Origin: Scyliorhinus canicula
Lineage: Eukaryota
Direction: 5' to 3'
Assembly: GCF_902713615.1 (NCBI RefSeq)
Contig: NW_024055458.1
Coordinates: 606,655 to 670,654, forward strand
Length of the DNA: 64,000 bases
Shown here: piece by piece, positions 1 to 10,919 of the stretch
Layout of the letters: the number at the start of each line of letters is the position of its first letter
Numbering within the stretch: the stretch's first letter is position 1
Program-made: the position numbers and the translations under genes
The notes under the pieces: model-generated
Database searches by the model: none
Seen by the model: only the letters and a program-made list of their open reading frames with translations
Told to the model about the DNA's origin: nothing

Positions 1-1870
1 GATGCCTGGAAAAAGGTAGAGATCTGGGAAAAAGCACAGGATGCCTGGGAAAAGGTAGAGAGCTGGGGAAAATCACAGGAAGCCTGGGAAAAGGTAGAGA
101 GCTGGGAAAAATGACAGGAAGCCTGGGAGACGATATGGAGATGGGGGAAAGCACAGGGAGCCTGGGAAAAGATAGAGCTGGGGAAAAGCGCAGGGAGACT
201 GGGAAAAAGTATAGAGCTGGGGAAAAGTGCAGGGAGCCTGGGAAAAGAAGGAGCTGGGGAAAAGCGCAGGGAGACTGGGAAAAGATAGAGCTGGGGAACA
301 GCGCAGGGAGACTGGGAAAAGGTAGAGAGCTGGGGAAAAGTGCAGGGAGCCTGGGAAAAGAAGGAGCTGGGGAAAAGCGCAGGGAGACTGGGAAAATGCA
401 GAGAGCTGGGGAAAAGTGCAGCGAGCCTGGGAAAAGGTAGAGAGCTGGTGGGAAAGCGCAGGGAGCCTTGGAAAGGATGGAGCTGGGGAAAAGCACGGGG
501 AGGCTGGGAAAAGGCAGAGAGTTGGGGAAAAGCAGAGGGAGTCTGGGAAAGGGCAGAGAGTTGGGGGAAAGCACAGGGAGCCTGGGAAAAGGTAGAGAGC
601 TGGGGAAAGCACAGGGAGCCTGGGAAAAGGCTGAGAGCTGGGGATAAGCACAGGGAGCCTGGGAAAAGGCTGAGAGCTTGGGGAAAGCACAGGGAGCCTG
701 GGAAAAGGCTGAGAGCTGGGGAAAAGCGGAGGGAGACTGGGAAGGGCTGAGAGCTGGGGAAAAGCGCAGGGAGACTGGGAAAAGGCTGAGAGCTGGGGAA
801 AAGCACAGGGAGACTGGGAAAAGATAGAGAGCTGGGGAAAAGCACAGGATGCCTGGGAAAAGGTAGAGAGCTGGGAAAAAGCACAGGAAGCCTGGGAGAC
901 GATATGGAGATGGGGGAAAGCACAGGGAGCCTGGGAAAAGATAGAGCTGGGGAAAAGCGCAGAGAGACTGGGAAAAGGTATAGAGCTGGGGAAAAGTGCA
1001 GGGAGCCTGGGAAAAGAAGGAGCTGGGGAAAAGCGCAGGGAGACTGGGAAAAGATAGAGCTGGGGAAAAGTGCAGGGAGCCTGGGAAAAGAAGGAGCTGG
1101 GGAAAAGCGCAGGGAGACTGGGAAGAGGTAGAGAGATGGGGAAAAGCACAGGGAGCCTGGGAAAAGGTAGAGAGCTGGGGGGAAAGCGCAGGGAGCCTTT
1201 GAAAAGATGGAGCTGGGGAAAAGCGCAGGGAGACTGGGAAAAGGCAGAGAGCTGGGGAAAAGCACAGGGAGCCTCGGATACGGCAGCGAGCTGGGGTGGG
1301 GGGGGGGGACACATGGAGCCTGGGAAATGGTATAAAGCTGGGTTAAAGTACAGGGAGCCTGGGAAAAGGCAGAGAGCTGGGGAAAAGCACAGGGAGCCTG
1401 AGAAAAGGCAGAGAGCTGGGGAAAAGCACAGGGAGCCTGGGAAAAGGCAGAGAGCTGGGTAAAAGCACAGGGAGCCTCGGAATGGGTAGCGAGCTGGCCG
1501 GGGTGGGGGGGGTGGGGGGGGGGGGGGGGGTACACGGAGCCTGGGAAATTGTATAAAGCTGTGTAAAGTATAGGGAGCCTGGGAAATACGAGAGCTGAGT
1601 AGTGAGCAGGTGAGATGACCAGAGAGCTGAGCGCAGACAGGGGAGAGAATCTGCAGGAACATGGGGAAAAGTGGTAATTGCTGGGCCAAAGCCAATAATC
1701 AGGGGGCAAAGTGCCATGTTCTGGGGAAAAGCACAAAGAGCAAGTGGAAAGTTTCAGAAGCTGAGGCAAAGAGCAAACAACCTGAAAAGATGCAGCTGGG
1801 CAAATTACAGAAGTGGAGGAAAGATCAGAGAGCTGGGAAAAGCGCAGAGAGCTGGGAAAAGGACAGGAAG
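1..1870 (+). repeat. G/A-rich ~39-bp tandem repeat (GAGAGCTGGGGAAAAGCACAGGGAGCCTGGGAAAAGGTA) in the IgM J-C intron; runs off the left edge of the window
   Basis: Unit visible directly, built of two ~19-20 bp subunits; about 40 AGCT by manual count; poly-G runs near 1292-1308 and 1500-1530; ends ~680 bp before CH1. Confidence 0.95.
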
Positions 1871-2553
1871 CTGGTTAACGCGGATACATGGAATGTGGAG
1901 TCCATCCCACAATCCGCTCCGCCATAATCATATTGAATAGTGCAGGAGACCTGAGGGACCGAATGGCCGCATCCCGCTTTTAATGTCCAGGGTCCTGTAA
2001 TTGGAGAATTTTGGAGTTACTTGCACATGTGCTCAAACGTAGAATTTTATAGTCATTATTTAAATACCTGGATGATTTTTCTGAAGCAAAGTCACGACTC
2101 CTTGTTTTGGGGAGTGGGGGTAGTGAGGTGGAGAGAGGGGGGACAACAGTCAGTTTGAACACAGGCAATTTCCAAAACAGCAATGACAGAAATGGAGAGA
2201 CAACTTCTTTATCACAAAGTGCTGTTGGTGGAAAAAACATTGGTGTCATAAATAATGGGGAAACCCTCCGCTCTGCTCATTGAAAGGAATGAATGGTACA
2301 TTTTCAGATGACACCATAATGCTAATTTCTGCAAGGTGTTAGAAATGCAGAAAGAGATGTGAGTTTCTAAAGAGGGAATAAACAAATGGTGATTCTCAAA
2401 AGTTAGAAGTAACAGAAGCTCAAGTATGGATGCAGTTTTAATGCGAACGGTTTATGATAAATTTGTAACTTTATCCAAATTCTAAGTTCTAAGATTCTAA
2501 TCTTAATGACAAATCCCAGAGTCTAACTTGTTCAATTGGCCATTCTCTCCCAG

Positions 2554-2850
2554 CGACACCGTCTCCGCCCACTCTCTACAGCCTGGTCTCCTGTCAGCAA
2601 CACAACACCGACGGCTCCGTCACCTACGGCTGTTTGGCGATGGACTACTCCCCAGAAATCACCAGCCTTACCTGGAAGAAAGATGGGCAGCTGATCAGCA
2701 CTGGAGTTAAGAAATACCCGTCAGTGAGAAACAAGAAGGGAACCTACACCCTGAGCAGCCAGTTAACCATCACCGAGTCAGAGGGGGTATGCAGCAAAAT
2801 CAGCTGTGAGGTTCGACACAGCGGCTCAGACAAGAGCATTGGAATGGCAT
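2554..2850 (+). CDS. IGHM: IgM heavy chain CH1 exon
   Basis: Acceptor ttctctcccag|, donor |gtaagt, 297 bp, phase 1/1; (A)[13 protein letters not shown]...[10 protein letters not shown]...W...YPSV...[10 protein letters not shown]...SCEV, a C1-set Ig domain matching shark Cmu1 as I recall it. Confidence 0.95.
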
Positions 2851-3051
2851 GTAAGTGTTATGGAAACTGCGCGAAGCAGAACCGCTGTGATTACTTTATT
2901 TACACCTTTGGCTATAACATATTTATGATAAAGTGTGCCGTTCTGATTCCTGAGGAAAATATTGGCCGCAGAGAAACAGTTAAAATATAATAAATCATTT
3001 TATTTGTCACACCATCTTCTGCAAGAAATGTCTAAATTGTGTTTCTTGAAG

Positions 3052-3360
3052 GCCCGCCTGGTGTCCCTCCACATGTTATCCTCACCGTGAGTTCCAGTGA
3101 AGAAATCACAAGACAGAAATTTGCAACCATCGTCTGTTCAATTAACGATTTCCAGACAAATTCAATCACGGTAAAGTGGCTGAAGAATGGACAACCCATG
3201 GCTTCAGGAATTGTCACCTCTCCCGCCTGTGAAGTGAACGGGAACTTCTCGGCGAGCAGTCGGCTGACAGTCTCCGCTGGGGAATGGTTCAGCAAAGCGG
3301 TCTATACCTGCCAGGTCACTCATCAAGAGGTCACCCAAAGTCACAACATCACCGCGTCTG
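3052..3360 (+). CDS. IGHM: IgM heavy chain CH2 exon
   Basis: Acceptor tttcttgaag|, donor |gtaaga, 309 bp, phase 1/1; [23 protein letters not shown]...WLKNG...YTCQVTH. Confidence 0.95.
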
Positions 3361-3991
3361 GTAAGAGACACAAACAGAGGAAACAATAAATCATCCTGAA
3401 CTCTGATGTTAATCCAAATCAGGAATTTATTAAAATCAGGACAAAGCACAGAATAACTTCTAATTTACTGCCATGTAGTTTGTGTTTCATTCTGATGTAA
3501 GAGCTGCATTTGGATTGCTCACCATTCAGGATTTGATCAGCAGAGAAATAAATGTTTCCCTCTAATTTGAAGTCATTTAGTGAGTGAGGTGGATTTGATA
3601 TCAGCCTTATCCTGAGACAGCTGATTATATTTGAGAGGCAGTAGGTGTCTGAACCCCTTTATTGATAACAGCTCCAAGGAAAATTGTTGGAAAGTTCATT
3701 CAACCTATTTATAAATCAGCCTTCCGTATTAGGTTTCCGAGATCAGGATTGGAATATTTGTATTGGGAATGCTGCAATACTCGTTCATTAGAATGCCATT
3801 GGTGCTGACTGTATTTCACAATGAGAATCGTTTAAGATGACCAAACTGGTTTTCCATTGTGTACAGAAGATTAATGGCGATCATTAGAAGTTTCGAAGTT
3901 GATTTATTCCCATTGAGTGAGTGAAGGCTGAATCCTTCTGTCCTGATTCTGAAGATGAAACTTGTGTTGATTTTCATGTTTTCATTCACAG

Positions 3992-4300
3992 ATCCTTCTG
4001 ATTGTATTACCGCCTCAGTAACAATACTGCCACCACCAATAGAACAGGTCTTACTGGAGGCGACTGTCACCTTAACCTGCGTCATTTCGAATGGTCCTTA
4101 TGGAGTCAACGTGTCCTGGAGTGAAGCGAAGAAGCCGCTGAAATCAGAGATTGCCGACCAGCCTGGGGCAGATACTGAGAGCGTGGTCAGCAAATTAAAC
4201 ATCTCGACACAAGCCTGGCTGAGTGGGGCTGTGTTTGACTGTGTGGCGAGCCATCAGGACCTGCCAACTCCTTTAAGAATTTCAATCCACAAAAAAATAG
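3992..4300 (+). CDS. IGHM: IgM heavy chain CH3 exon
   Basis: Acceptor ttcattcacag|, donor |gtgagc, 309 bp; [31 protein letters not shown]...[13 protein letters not shown]. Confidence 0.95.
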
Positions 4301-4524
4301 GTGAGCGGTGAAACTGAAGCAATAAGTGAATCATTGTGTCTATTTCTGGTGTCAGTGCAGCGGTCAGTATTTAGCATTCAGTGTATTTATGGTCCATTCT
4401 GATTGGTAATTCCACGACTAAAAATTTTGGGCCTGTTGATCTTAAGGGGGAAATTGCTACGTAGATGAAGGAACAATGAATTAAAAGCAGTGATATGGGG
4501 TTTAGACGGAGCTAGACCAATGGC

Positions 4525-5342
4525 CACAAGACCGTGTTAGGGACCTGGAGCTTGAGCTGGATGAACTTCGGATCATTCGGGAGGCAGAGGGGGTCATAGA
4601 TAGGAGCTTCAGGGAAGTAGTTACACCAAAGACTGGAGATAGATGGGTAACTGTAAGAGGGACTGGGAAGAAGCAGTCAGTGCAGGGACCCCCTGCGGTC
4701 GTTCCCCTGAGTAACAAGTATACCGTTTTGGATACTTGTGGGGGGGACGACTTACCAGGGGTAAGCCATGGGGTACGGGCCTCTGGCACGGAGTCTGTCC
4801 CTGTTGCTCAGAAGGGAAGGGGGGAAAGGAGTAGAACACTAGTAATTGGGGACTCAATAGTCAGGGGCACAGATAGGAGATTTTGTGGGAGCGAGAGAGA
4901 CTCACGTTTGGTATGTTGCCTCCCAGGTGCAAGGGTAAGTGATGTCTCGGATCGTGTTTTCCGGGTCCTTAAGGGGGAGGGGGAGCAGCCCCAAGTCGTA
5001 GTCCACATTGGCACTAACGACATAGGTAGGAAAGGGGACAAGGATGTCAGGCAGGCCTTTAGGGAGCTAGGATGGAAGCTCAGAGCGAGAACAAACAGAG
5101 TTGTTATCTCTGGGTTGTTGCCCGTGCCACGTGATAGTGAGATGAGGAATAGGGAGAGAGAGCAATTAAACACGTGGCTACAGGGATGGTGCAGGCGGGA
5201 GGGATTCAGATTTCTGGATAACTGGGGCTCTTTCTGGGGAAGGTGGGACCTCTATAGACAGGATGGTCTACATCTGAACCTGAGGGGCACCAATATCCTG
5301 GGGGGGAGATTTGTTAGTGCTCTTTGGGGGGGTTTAAACTAA
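4525..5342 (+). CDS. CR1 ORF1 (5'-truncated): coiled-coil remnant plus SGNH/GDSL esterase domain
   Basis: Frame open from QDRVRDLELELDELRIIREAE through LVIGDSIVR, VHIGTNDI and DGLHLN to TAA 5340-5342. Confidence 0.85.
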
Positions 5343-8227
5343 TTCAGCAGGGGCATGGGAACCTGGATTGTAGTTTTGGGGTACGGGAGATTGAGAGTAT
5401 AGAGGTCAGGAGCACAGATTTGACTTCGCAAGAGGGTGCCAGTGTTCAGGTAGGTGGTTTGAAGTGTGTCTACTTCAATGCCAGGAGTATACGAAATAAG
5501 GTAGGGGAACTGGCAGCATGGGTTGGTACCTGGGACTTCGATGTTGTGGCCATTTCAGAGACATGGATAGAGCAGGGACAGGAATGGTTGTTGCAGGTTC
5601 CGGGGTTTAGGTGTTTTAGTAAGCTCAGAGAAGGGGGCAAAAGAGGGGGAGGTGTGGCGCTGCTAGTCAAGGACAGTATTACGGTGGCGGAAAGGATGCT
5701 AGATGGGGACTCTTCTTCTGAGGTAGTATGGGCTGAGGTTAGAAACAGGAAAGGAGAGGTCACCCTGTTGGGAGTTTTCTATAGGCCACCTAATAGTTCT
5801 AGGGATGTAGAGGAAAGGATGGCGAAGATGATTCTGGAAAAGAGCGAAAGTAACAGGGTAGTTGTTATGGGAGACTTTAACTTTCCAAATATTGACTGGA
5901 AAAGATATAGTTCGAGTACATTAGATGGGTCATTCTTTGTACAATGTGTGCAGGAGGGTTTCCTGACACAATATGTTGACAGGCCAACAAGAGGCGAGGC
6001 CACATTGGATTTGGTTTTGGGTAATGAACCAGGCCAAGTGTTAGATCTGGAGGTAGGTGAGCACTTTGGAAACAGTGACCACAATTCGGTGACCTTTACG
6101 TTAGTGATGGAAAGGGATAAGTATACCCCGCAGGGCAAGAGTTATAGCTGGGGGAAGGGCAATTATGATGCCATTAGACATGACTTAGGATGTGTTGGTT
6201 GGAGAAGTAGGCTGCAAGGGTTGGGCACACTGGATATGTGGAGCTTGTTCAAGGAACAGCTATTGCATGTTCTTGATAAGTACGTACCAGTCAGGCAGGG
6301 AGGAAGGGGCCGAGCGAGGGAACCATGGTTTACCAAAGAAGTGGAATCTCTTGTTAAGAGGAAGAAGGAGGCCTATGTGAAGATGAGGCATGAAGTTTCA
6401 GTTGGGGCGCTTGATAGTTACAAGGAAGCGAGGAAGGATCTAAAGAGAGAGCTGAGACGAGCAAGGAGGGGACATGAGAAGTCTTTGGCAGGTAGGATCA
6501 AGGAAAACCCAAAAGCTTTCTATAGGTATGTCAGGAATAAAAGAATGACTAGGGTAAGAGTAGGGCCAGTCAAGGACAGTGGTGGGAAGTTGCGTATGGA
6601 GGCTGAGGAGATAAGCGAGATACTAAATGAATACTTTTCGTCAGTATTCACTCAAGAAAAAGATAATATTGTGGAGGAGAATGCTGAGACCCAGGCTATT
6701 AGAATAGATGGCATTGAGGTGCGTAGGGAAGAAGTGTTGGCAATTCTGGACAAGGTGAAAATAGATAAGTCCCCGGGGCTGGATGGGATTTATCCTAGGA
6801 TTCTCTGGGAAGCCAGGGAAGAGATTGCTGAGCCTTTGGCTTTGATTTTTAGGTCATCATTGGCTACAGGAATAGTGCCAGAGGACTGGAGGATAGCAAA
6901 TGTGGTCCCTTTGTTCAAGAAGGGGAGTAGAGATAACCCCGGTAACTATAGGCCGGTGAGCCTAACGTCTGTGGTGGGTAAGGTCTTGGAGAGGATTATA
7001 AAAGATACGATTTATAATCATCTAGATAGGAATAATATGATTAGGGATAGTCAGCATGGTTTTGTGAAGGGTAGGTCATGCCTCACAAACCTTATCGAGT
7101 TCTTTGAGAAGGTGACTGAACAGGTAGACGAGGGTAGAGCAGTTGATGTGGTGTATATGGATTTCAGTAAAGCATTTGATAAGGTTCCCCACGGTCGGCT
7201 ATTGCAGAAAATACGGAGGCTGGGGATTGAGGGTGATTTAGAGATGTGGATCAGAAATTGGCTAGTTGAAAGAAGACAGAGAGTGGTAGTTGATGGGAAA
7301 TGTTCAGAATGGAGTTCAGTTACGAGTGGCGTACCACAAGGATCTGTTCTGGGGCCGTTGCTGTTTGTCATTTTTATAAATGACCTAGAGGAGGGCGCAG
7401 AAGGATGGGTGAGTAAATTTGCAGACGACACTAAAGTCGGTGGAGTTGTAGACAGTGCGGAAGGATGTTGCAGGTTACAGAGTGACATAGATAAGCTGCA
7501 GAGCTGGGCTGAGAGGTGGCAAATGGAGTTTAATGTGGAGAAGTGTGAGGTGATTCACTTTGGAAAGAATAACAGGAATGCGGAATATTTGGCTAATGGT
7601 AAAATTCTTGGTAGTGTGGATGAGCAGAGGGATCTCGGTGTCCATGTACATAGATCCCTGAAAGTTGCCACCCAGGTTGATAGGGTTGTGAAGAAGGCCT
7701 ATGGTGTGTTGGCCTTTATTGGTAGAGGGATTGAGTTCCGGAGCCATGAGGTCATGTTGCAGTTGTACAAAACTCTAGTACGGCCGCATTTGGAGTATTG
7801 CGTACAGTTCTGGTCGCCTCATTATAGGAAGGACGTGGAAGCCTTGGAACGGGTGCAGAGGAGATTTACCAGGATGTTGCCTGGTATGGAGGGAAAATCT
7901 TATGAGGAAAGGCTGATGGACTTGAGGTTGTTTTCGTTAGAGAGAAGAAGGTTAAGAGGTGACTTAATAGAGGCATACAAAATGATAAGAGGGTTAGATA
8001 GGGTGGACAGTGAGAGCCTTCTCCCGCGGATGGAGGTGGCTAGCACGAGGGGACATAGCCTTAAATTGAGGGGTAATAGATATAGGACAGAGGTCAGAGG
8101 TGGGTTTTTTACGCAAAGAGTGGTGAGGCCGTGGAATGCCCTACCTGCAACAGTAGTGAACTCGCCAACATTGAGGGCATTTAAAAGTTTATTGGATAAG
8201 CATATGGATGATAAGGGCATAGTGTAG
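5324..8227 (+). CDS. CR1 ORF2: APE endonuclease plus reverse transcriptase, 967 codons with no stop
   Basis: YFNARS, ISETW, GDFN, SDHN (APE); NYRPVSLTS, QHGF, DFSKAFD, GVPQGSVLGP, FADD (RT). Confidence 0.95.
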   Translation: MGGFKLIQQGHGNLDCSFGVREIESIEVRSTDLTSQEGASVQVGGLKCVYFNARSIRNKVGELAAWVGTWDFDVVAISETWIEQGQEWLLQVPGFRCFSKLREGGKRGGGVALLVKDSITVAERMLDGDSSSEVVWAEVRNRKGEVTLLGVFYRPPNSSRDVEERMAKMILEKSESNRVVVMGDFNFPNIDWKRYSSSTLDGSFFVQCVQEGFLTQYVDRPTRGEATLDLVLGNEPGQVLDLEVGEHFGNSDHNSVTFTLVMERDKYTPQGKSYSWGKGNYDAIRHDLGCVGWRSRLQGLGTLDMWSLFKEQLLHVLDKYVPVRQGGRGRAREPWFTKEVESLVKRKKEAYVKMRHEVSVGALDSYKEARKDLKRELRRARRGHEKSLAGRIKENPKAFYRYVRNKRMTRVRVGPVKDSGGKLRMEAEEISEILNEYFSSVFTQEKDNIVEENAETQAIRIDGIEVRREEVLAILDKVKIDKSPGLDGIYPRILWEAREEIAEPLALIFRSSLATGIVPEDWRIANVVPLFKKGSRDNPGNYRPVSLTSVVGKVLERIIKDTIYNHLDRNNMIRDSQHGFVKGRSCLTNLIEFFEKVTEQVDEGRAVDVVYMDFSKAFDKVPHGRLLQKIRRLGIEGDLEMWIRNWLVERRQRVVVDGKCSEWSSVTSGVPQGSVLGPLLFVIFINDLEEGAEGWVSKFADDTKVGGVVDSAEGCCRLQSDIDKLQSWAERWQMEFNVEKCEVIHFGKNNRNAEYLANGKILGSVDEQRDLGVHVHRSLKVATQVDRVVKKAYGVLAFIGRGIEFRSHEVMLQLYKTLVRPHLEYCVQFWSPHYRKDVEALERVQRRFTRMLPGMEGKSYEERLMDLRLFSLERRRLRGDLIEAYKMIRGLDRVDSESLLPRMEVASTRGHSLKLRGNRYRTEVRGGFFTQRVVRPWNALPATVVNSPTLRAFKSLLDKHMDDKGIV

Positions 8228-8319
8228 GTTAGATGGCCTTTAGTTTTTTTCCATGTTGGTGCAACATCGAGGGCCGAAGGGCCTGTACTGCGCTGTATCG
8301 TTCTATGTTCTATGTTCTA

Positions 8320-9730
8320 AGACGTAGGAGCAGACGTAGGCCATTCAGCCCAACAACACTGATCCAGCCTTCAATGAGATCATAACTGATCTGATGTGAT
8401 GATCTTCAACTCCTCTTTCCCGCCTTCTCCCGCTGTTACCAGACACCTAAACGACCCTCTTACGGACTGACCTCATTAACACTACACCTCTGTATGCTTC
8501 ACCCGATGCCGGTGTTAAGTAGTTACATTGTGTACCTTATGTTGCCCTGTTATGTATTTTATTTTATTTCCCTTTCTTTTCATGTACTGAATGATCTGTT
8601 GAGCTGCTTGCAGAAAATACTTTTCACTGTACCTCGGTACACGTGACAATAAACAAAATCCAATCCCATATCTCTCATTGGTTTAAAATATGTCTCTCTC
8701 AACCTTGAACATACTGAACAACCCAGAATCTACAGCCCCCTGGGTTAAATAATTCTACAGCTCCCCGACGCTCTGAGAGAGGAAATTCCTTCTCATCTCT
8801 GTCTTAAATGGGCGAACATTGACTATGTGATCCTGCACTCTGGTCCGAGATGCTCCCACAAGGGAAAACAACCTCTCAGCGACTACACTCCGAAGCTCCC
8901 TGAGAATCTTTCATGTCTCAATTAGGCCGCCTTCGTTCTTCTAAACTCCAATCAGTCCAGGCCCAGCCTACTTAACTTCTCCCCATAAGAAAATCCCTCC
9001 ATACTCGGGATCAACATCGTCATCCTTCTCTGGACTGCCTTCAAAACCAATCTGTCTTCCTTAGATAAGGGCACCAAAACTATTCAAAGTATATCAGGTG
9101 TAGTCTAACTAATGCCTTGTATAGTTTTAGCTCGACTTCCACATGTTTATATTCTATTCCCTTTGAAATAAATGTCAACATTCAAATTGTCTCCATATTA
9201 CCTGCAGAACTTGCGTTTTGTGGTTTCTGCGCGAGGATCCCCAATTCCCCCGTTACTTCAGCTTCCTACAGTCTTTCTCCAGCTAAATAATATTCCGTTA
9301 TGTTCCTCCTCCTACCAAAGTGTCTCACCTCACATTTCTCAACATTATGTTCCATCTGCCAAGTTTTTACTCAGTAACTTAAGCTGTCTCTGTCGCTCTC
9401 TAGATTTTCTGTAACCTCACCACTTGCCTTTATATTTTTTGTCATCTGCAGCCGTGGGAAGAGTGCATTCATTTATTAAACACAGTTTTGAAATTTATGT
9501 ATATTACATCTAATGCCCCCCTTTCTCTAGCTTTCTCCTTATCACCTCAAATAAGGGCAATAAATTTGTCAGGCATGATTTCACCTTCACGAAGCCGGGC
9601 TGACTCTGTTTGATTATATTGTGTATTTCTAAATGCTCAGCTATTGGATCCGTTATAATGGACTCAAACCGTTTCCCACTGACAGATGTTAAGGTCCCTG
9701 GCCTATAGTTACCTGTTTTTGACACCCTCC
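8320..9730 (-). mobile_element. Degraded antisense CR1 fragments, interrupted by a different LINE 3' end
   Basis: Reverse-complement CR1 tail at ~8320-8430; minus ORF 9510-9725 GNYRPGTLTSV...QPGFVKVKSCLTNLL. Confidence 0.7.
8432..8665 (+). mobile_element. LINE-like 3' end (...tttcactgtacctcggtacacgtgacaataaa), clade uncertain (Rex1/Babar- or L2-like)
   Basis: Closely similar copy at ~32980-33200; partial copies ~40800 and ~54600-54755. Confidence 0.55.
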
Positions 9731-10070
9731 CTTTTGAATAAGGGTGTTACATTGGCAGTTTTCTAATCCTCTTGGGGTAAGGTGGGAGGAGCCTGGTTTG
9801 GAGTTTAGACACCAGCACAGAACAGTTGGGCCGAATGGCCTGTTTCCCTGCTGTACACTTTCTGAAACTTTCGAATCCAATATCCGTAAATTCTCAGGGA
9901 AAAGGATTGTGTCCACCTCTGCTCCGAGCTGGGAACCCGGACAGATCCCAATGTGGAAAATGGAAACCTTTAAAATCCAACACAAAACACATTTCTCTCA
10001 CATCTACCCCGCGGTTCCATTGTCTCCGGAATTCCCCATTTTATTGACATTTATTGTACATTTTCTGCAG

Positions 10071-10462
10071 ATCCCAATCCGCGGGAACCGTCCGTCTCTG
10101 TCCTCCTGCCCTCGGCTGAAGACGTCTCCGCTCAGAGATTCGTCTCCCTCAGCTGCTTAGTGAGAGGTTTCTCCCCCCGAGAGATCTTCGTCAAGTGGAC
10201 CGTCAATGACAAGCCGGTGAATCCCGGGAACTACAAGAACACCGAGGTGATGGCGGAGAACGGCAATAGCTCCTTCTTCATGTACAGCCTGTTATCCATT
10301 GCAGCGGAGGAGTGGGCCAGCGGTGCTTCTTACTCCTGTGTGGTGGGACATGAAGCCATCCCCTTGAAGATCATCAACAGAACGGTTGATAAATCCAGCG
10401 GTAAACCCAGTTTTGTGAACATTTCCCTCGCTCTGATGGACACCGTTAATTCATGTCAATGA
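10071..10462 (+). CDS. IGHM: IgM CH4 exon plus secretory tailpiece (internal TM donor after 10400)
   Basis: Acceptor ttttctgcag|; [43 protein letters not shown]...YSCVVGHE; tail [20 protein letters not shown] with N-glycan sequon and penultimate Cys; AGCG|GTAAAC donor. Confidence 0.96.
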
Positions 10463-10489
10463 TAATCTGTTGGTTAGATTTCGAACTAA

Positions 10490-10503
10490 AATAAAATAAT
10501 AAA
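10490..10503 (+). terminator. Secretory-form polyadenylation signals (two AATAAA)
   Basis: AATAAA at 10490-10495 and 10498-10503, ~30 bp after the stop, followed by a U-rich tract. Confidence 0.8.
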
Positions 10504-10919
10504 GTTTTTTCCTCCAATTGTGATTTAAATGCACTGCCGCTTAATTAATGGAGCTTCCACTTTGCTGATATTAGATCTGTTCAATGAGACCCGGGTTTCT
10601 ACAGGTCTCAGCCCCAAGTCTGATACAACCAGTGCTCCCAGCTCAGATACACCCTGGGTTAGAGACAGAGTAAATCTCATTCATTCCAGGATTCAACAAA
10701 ATATCTTCATTGACTTTCCTCCCGCTGAGGAGAAATCGGACAATTTCCCATTTCAGACAAACCCATCACATTTAGATCTCGGTGTTCTTGCTTCTCTCAT
10801 TGTCCATCCCTTTAAAATTAATGTCAGCTTTAAGTTGCTGCATCACACCCAGTGGGAACTGAATTGAGGATCACACAGAAACATGGACCAACAATCCCCA
10901 GTCAAAGAGAGGGGAAAGT

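Larger units (their letters stand above)
4525..8319 (+). mobile_element. CR1-clade LINE (HER1-like), 5'-truncated within ORF1, inserted in the CH3-CH4 intron
   Basis: ORF1 remnant, uninterrupted ORF2, and 3' tail gggccgaagggcctgtactgcgctgtatc(gttctat)n ending ~8319. Confidence 0.93.

Noticed and set aside
73-1717. 540-aa Pro/Phe/Ser-rich minus ORF and Gly/Lys/Glu-rich plus ORFs
   Set aside because: Translations of a stop-poor tandem repeat inside the Ig intron; no domain or splice context.
1900-2550. Intronic IgH enhancer (octamer-like ATGCTAAT ~2319)
   Set aside because: A single imperfect motif with no convincing E-box or octamer cluster; needs cross-cluster conservation or ATAC data.
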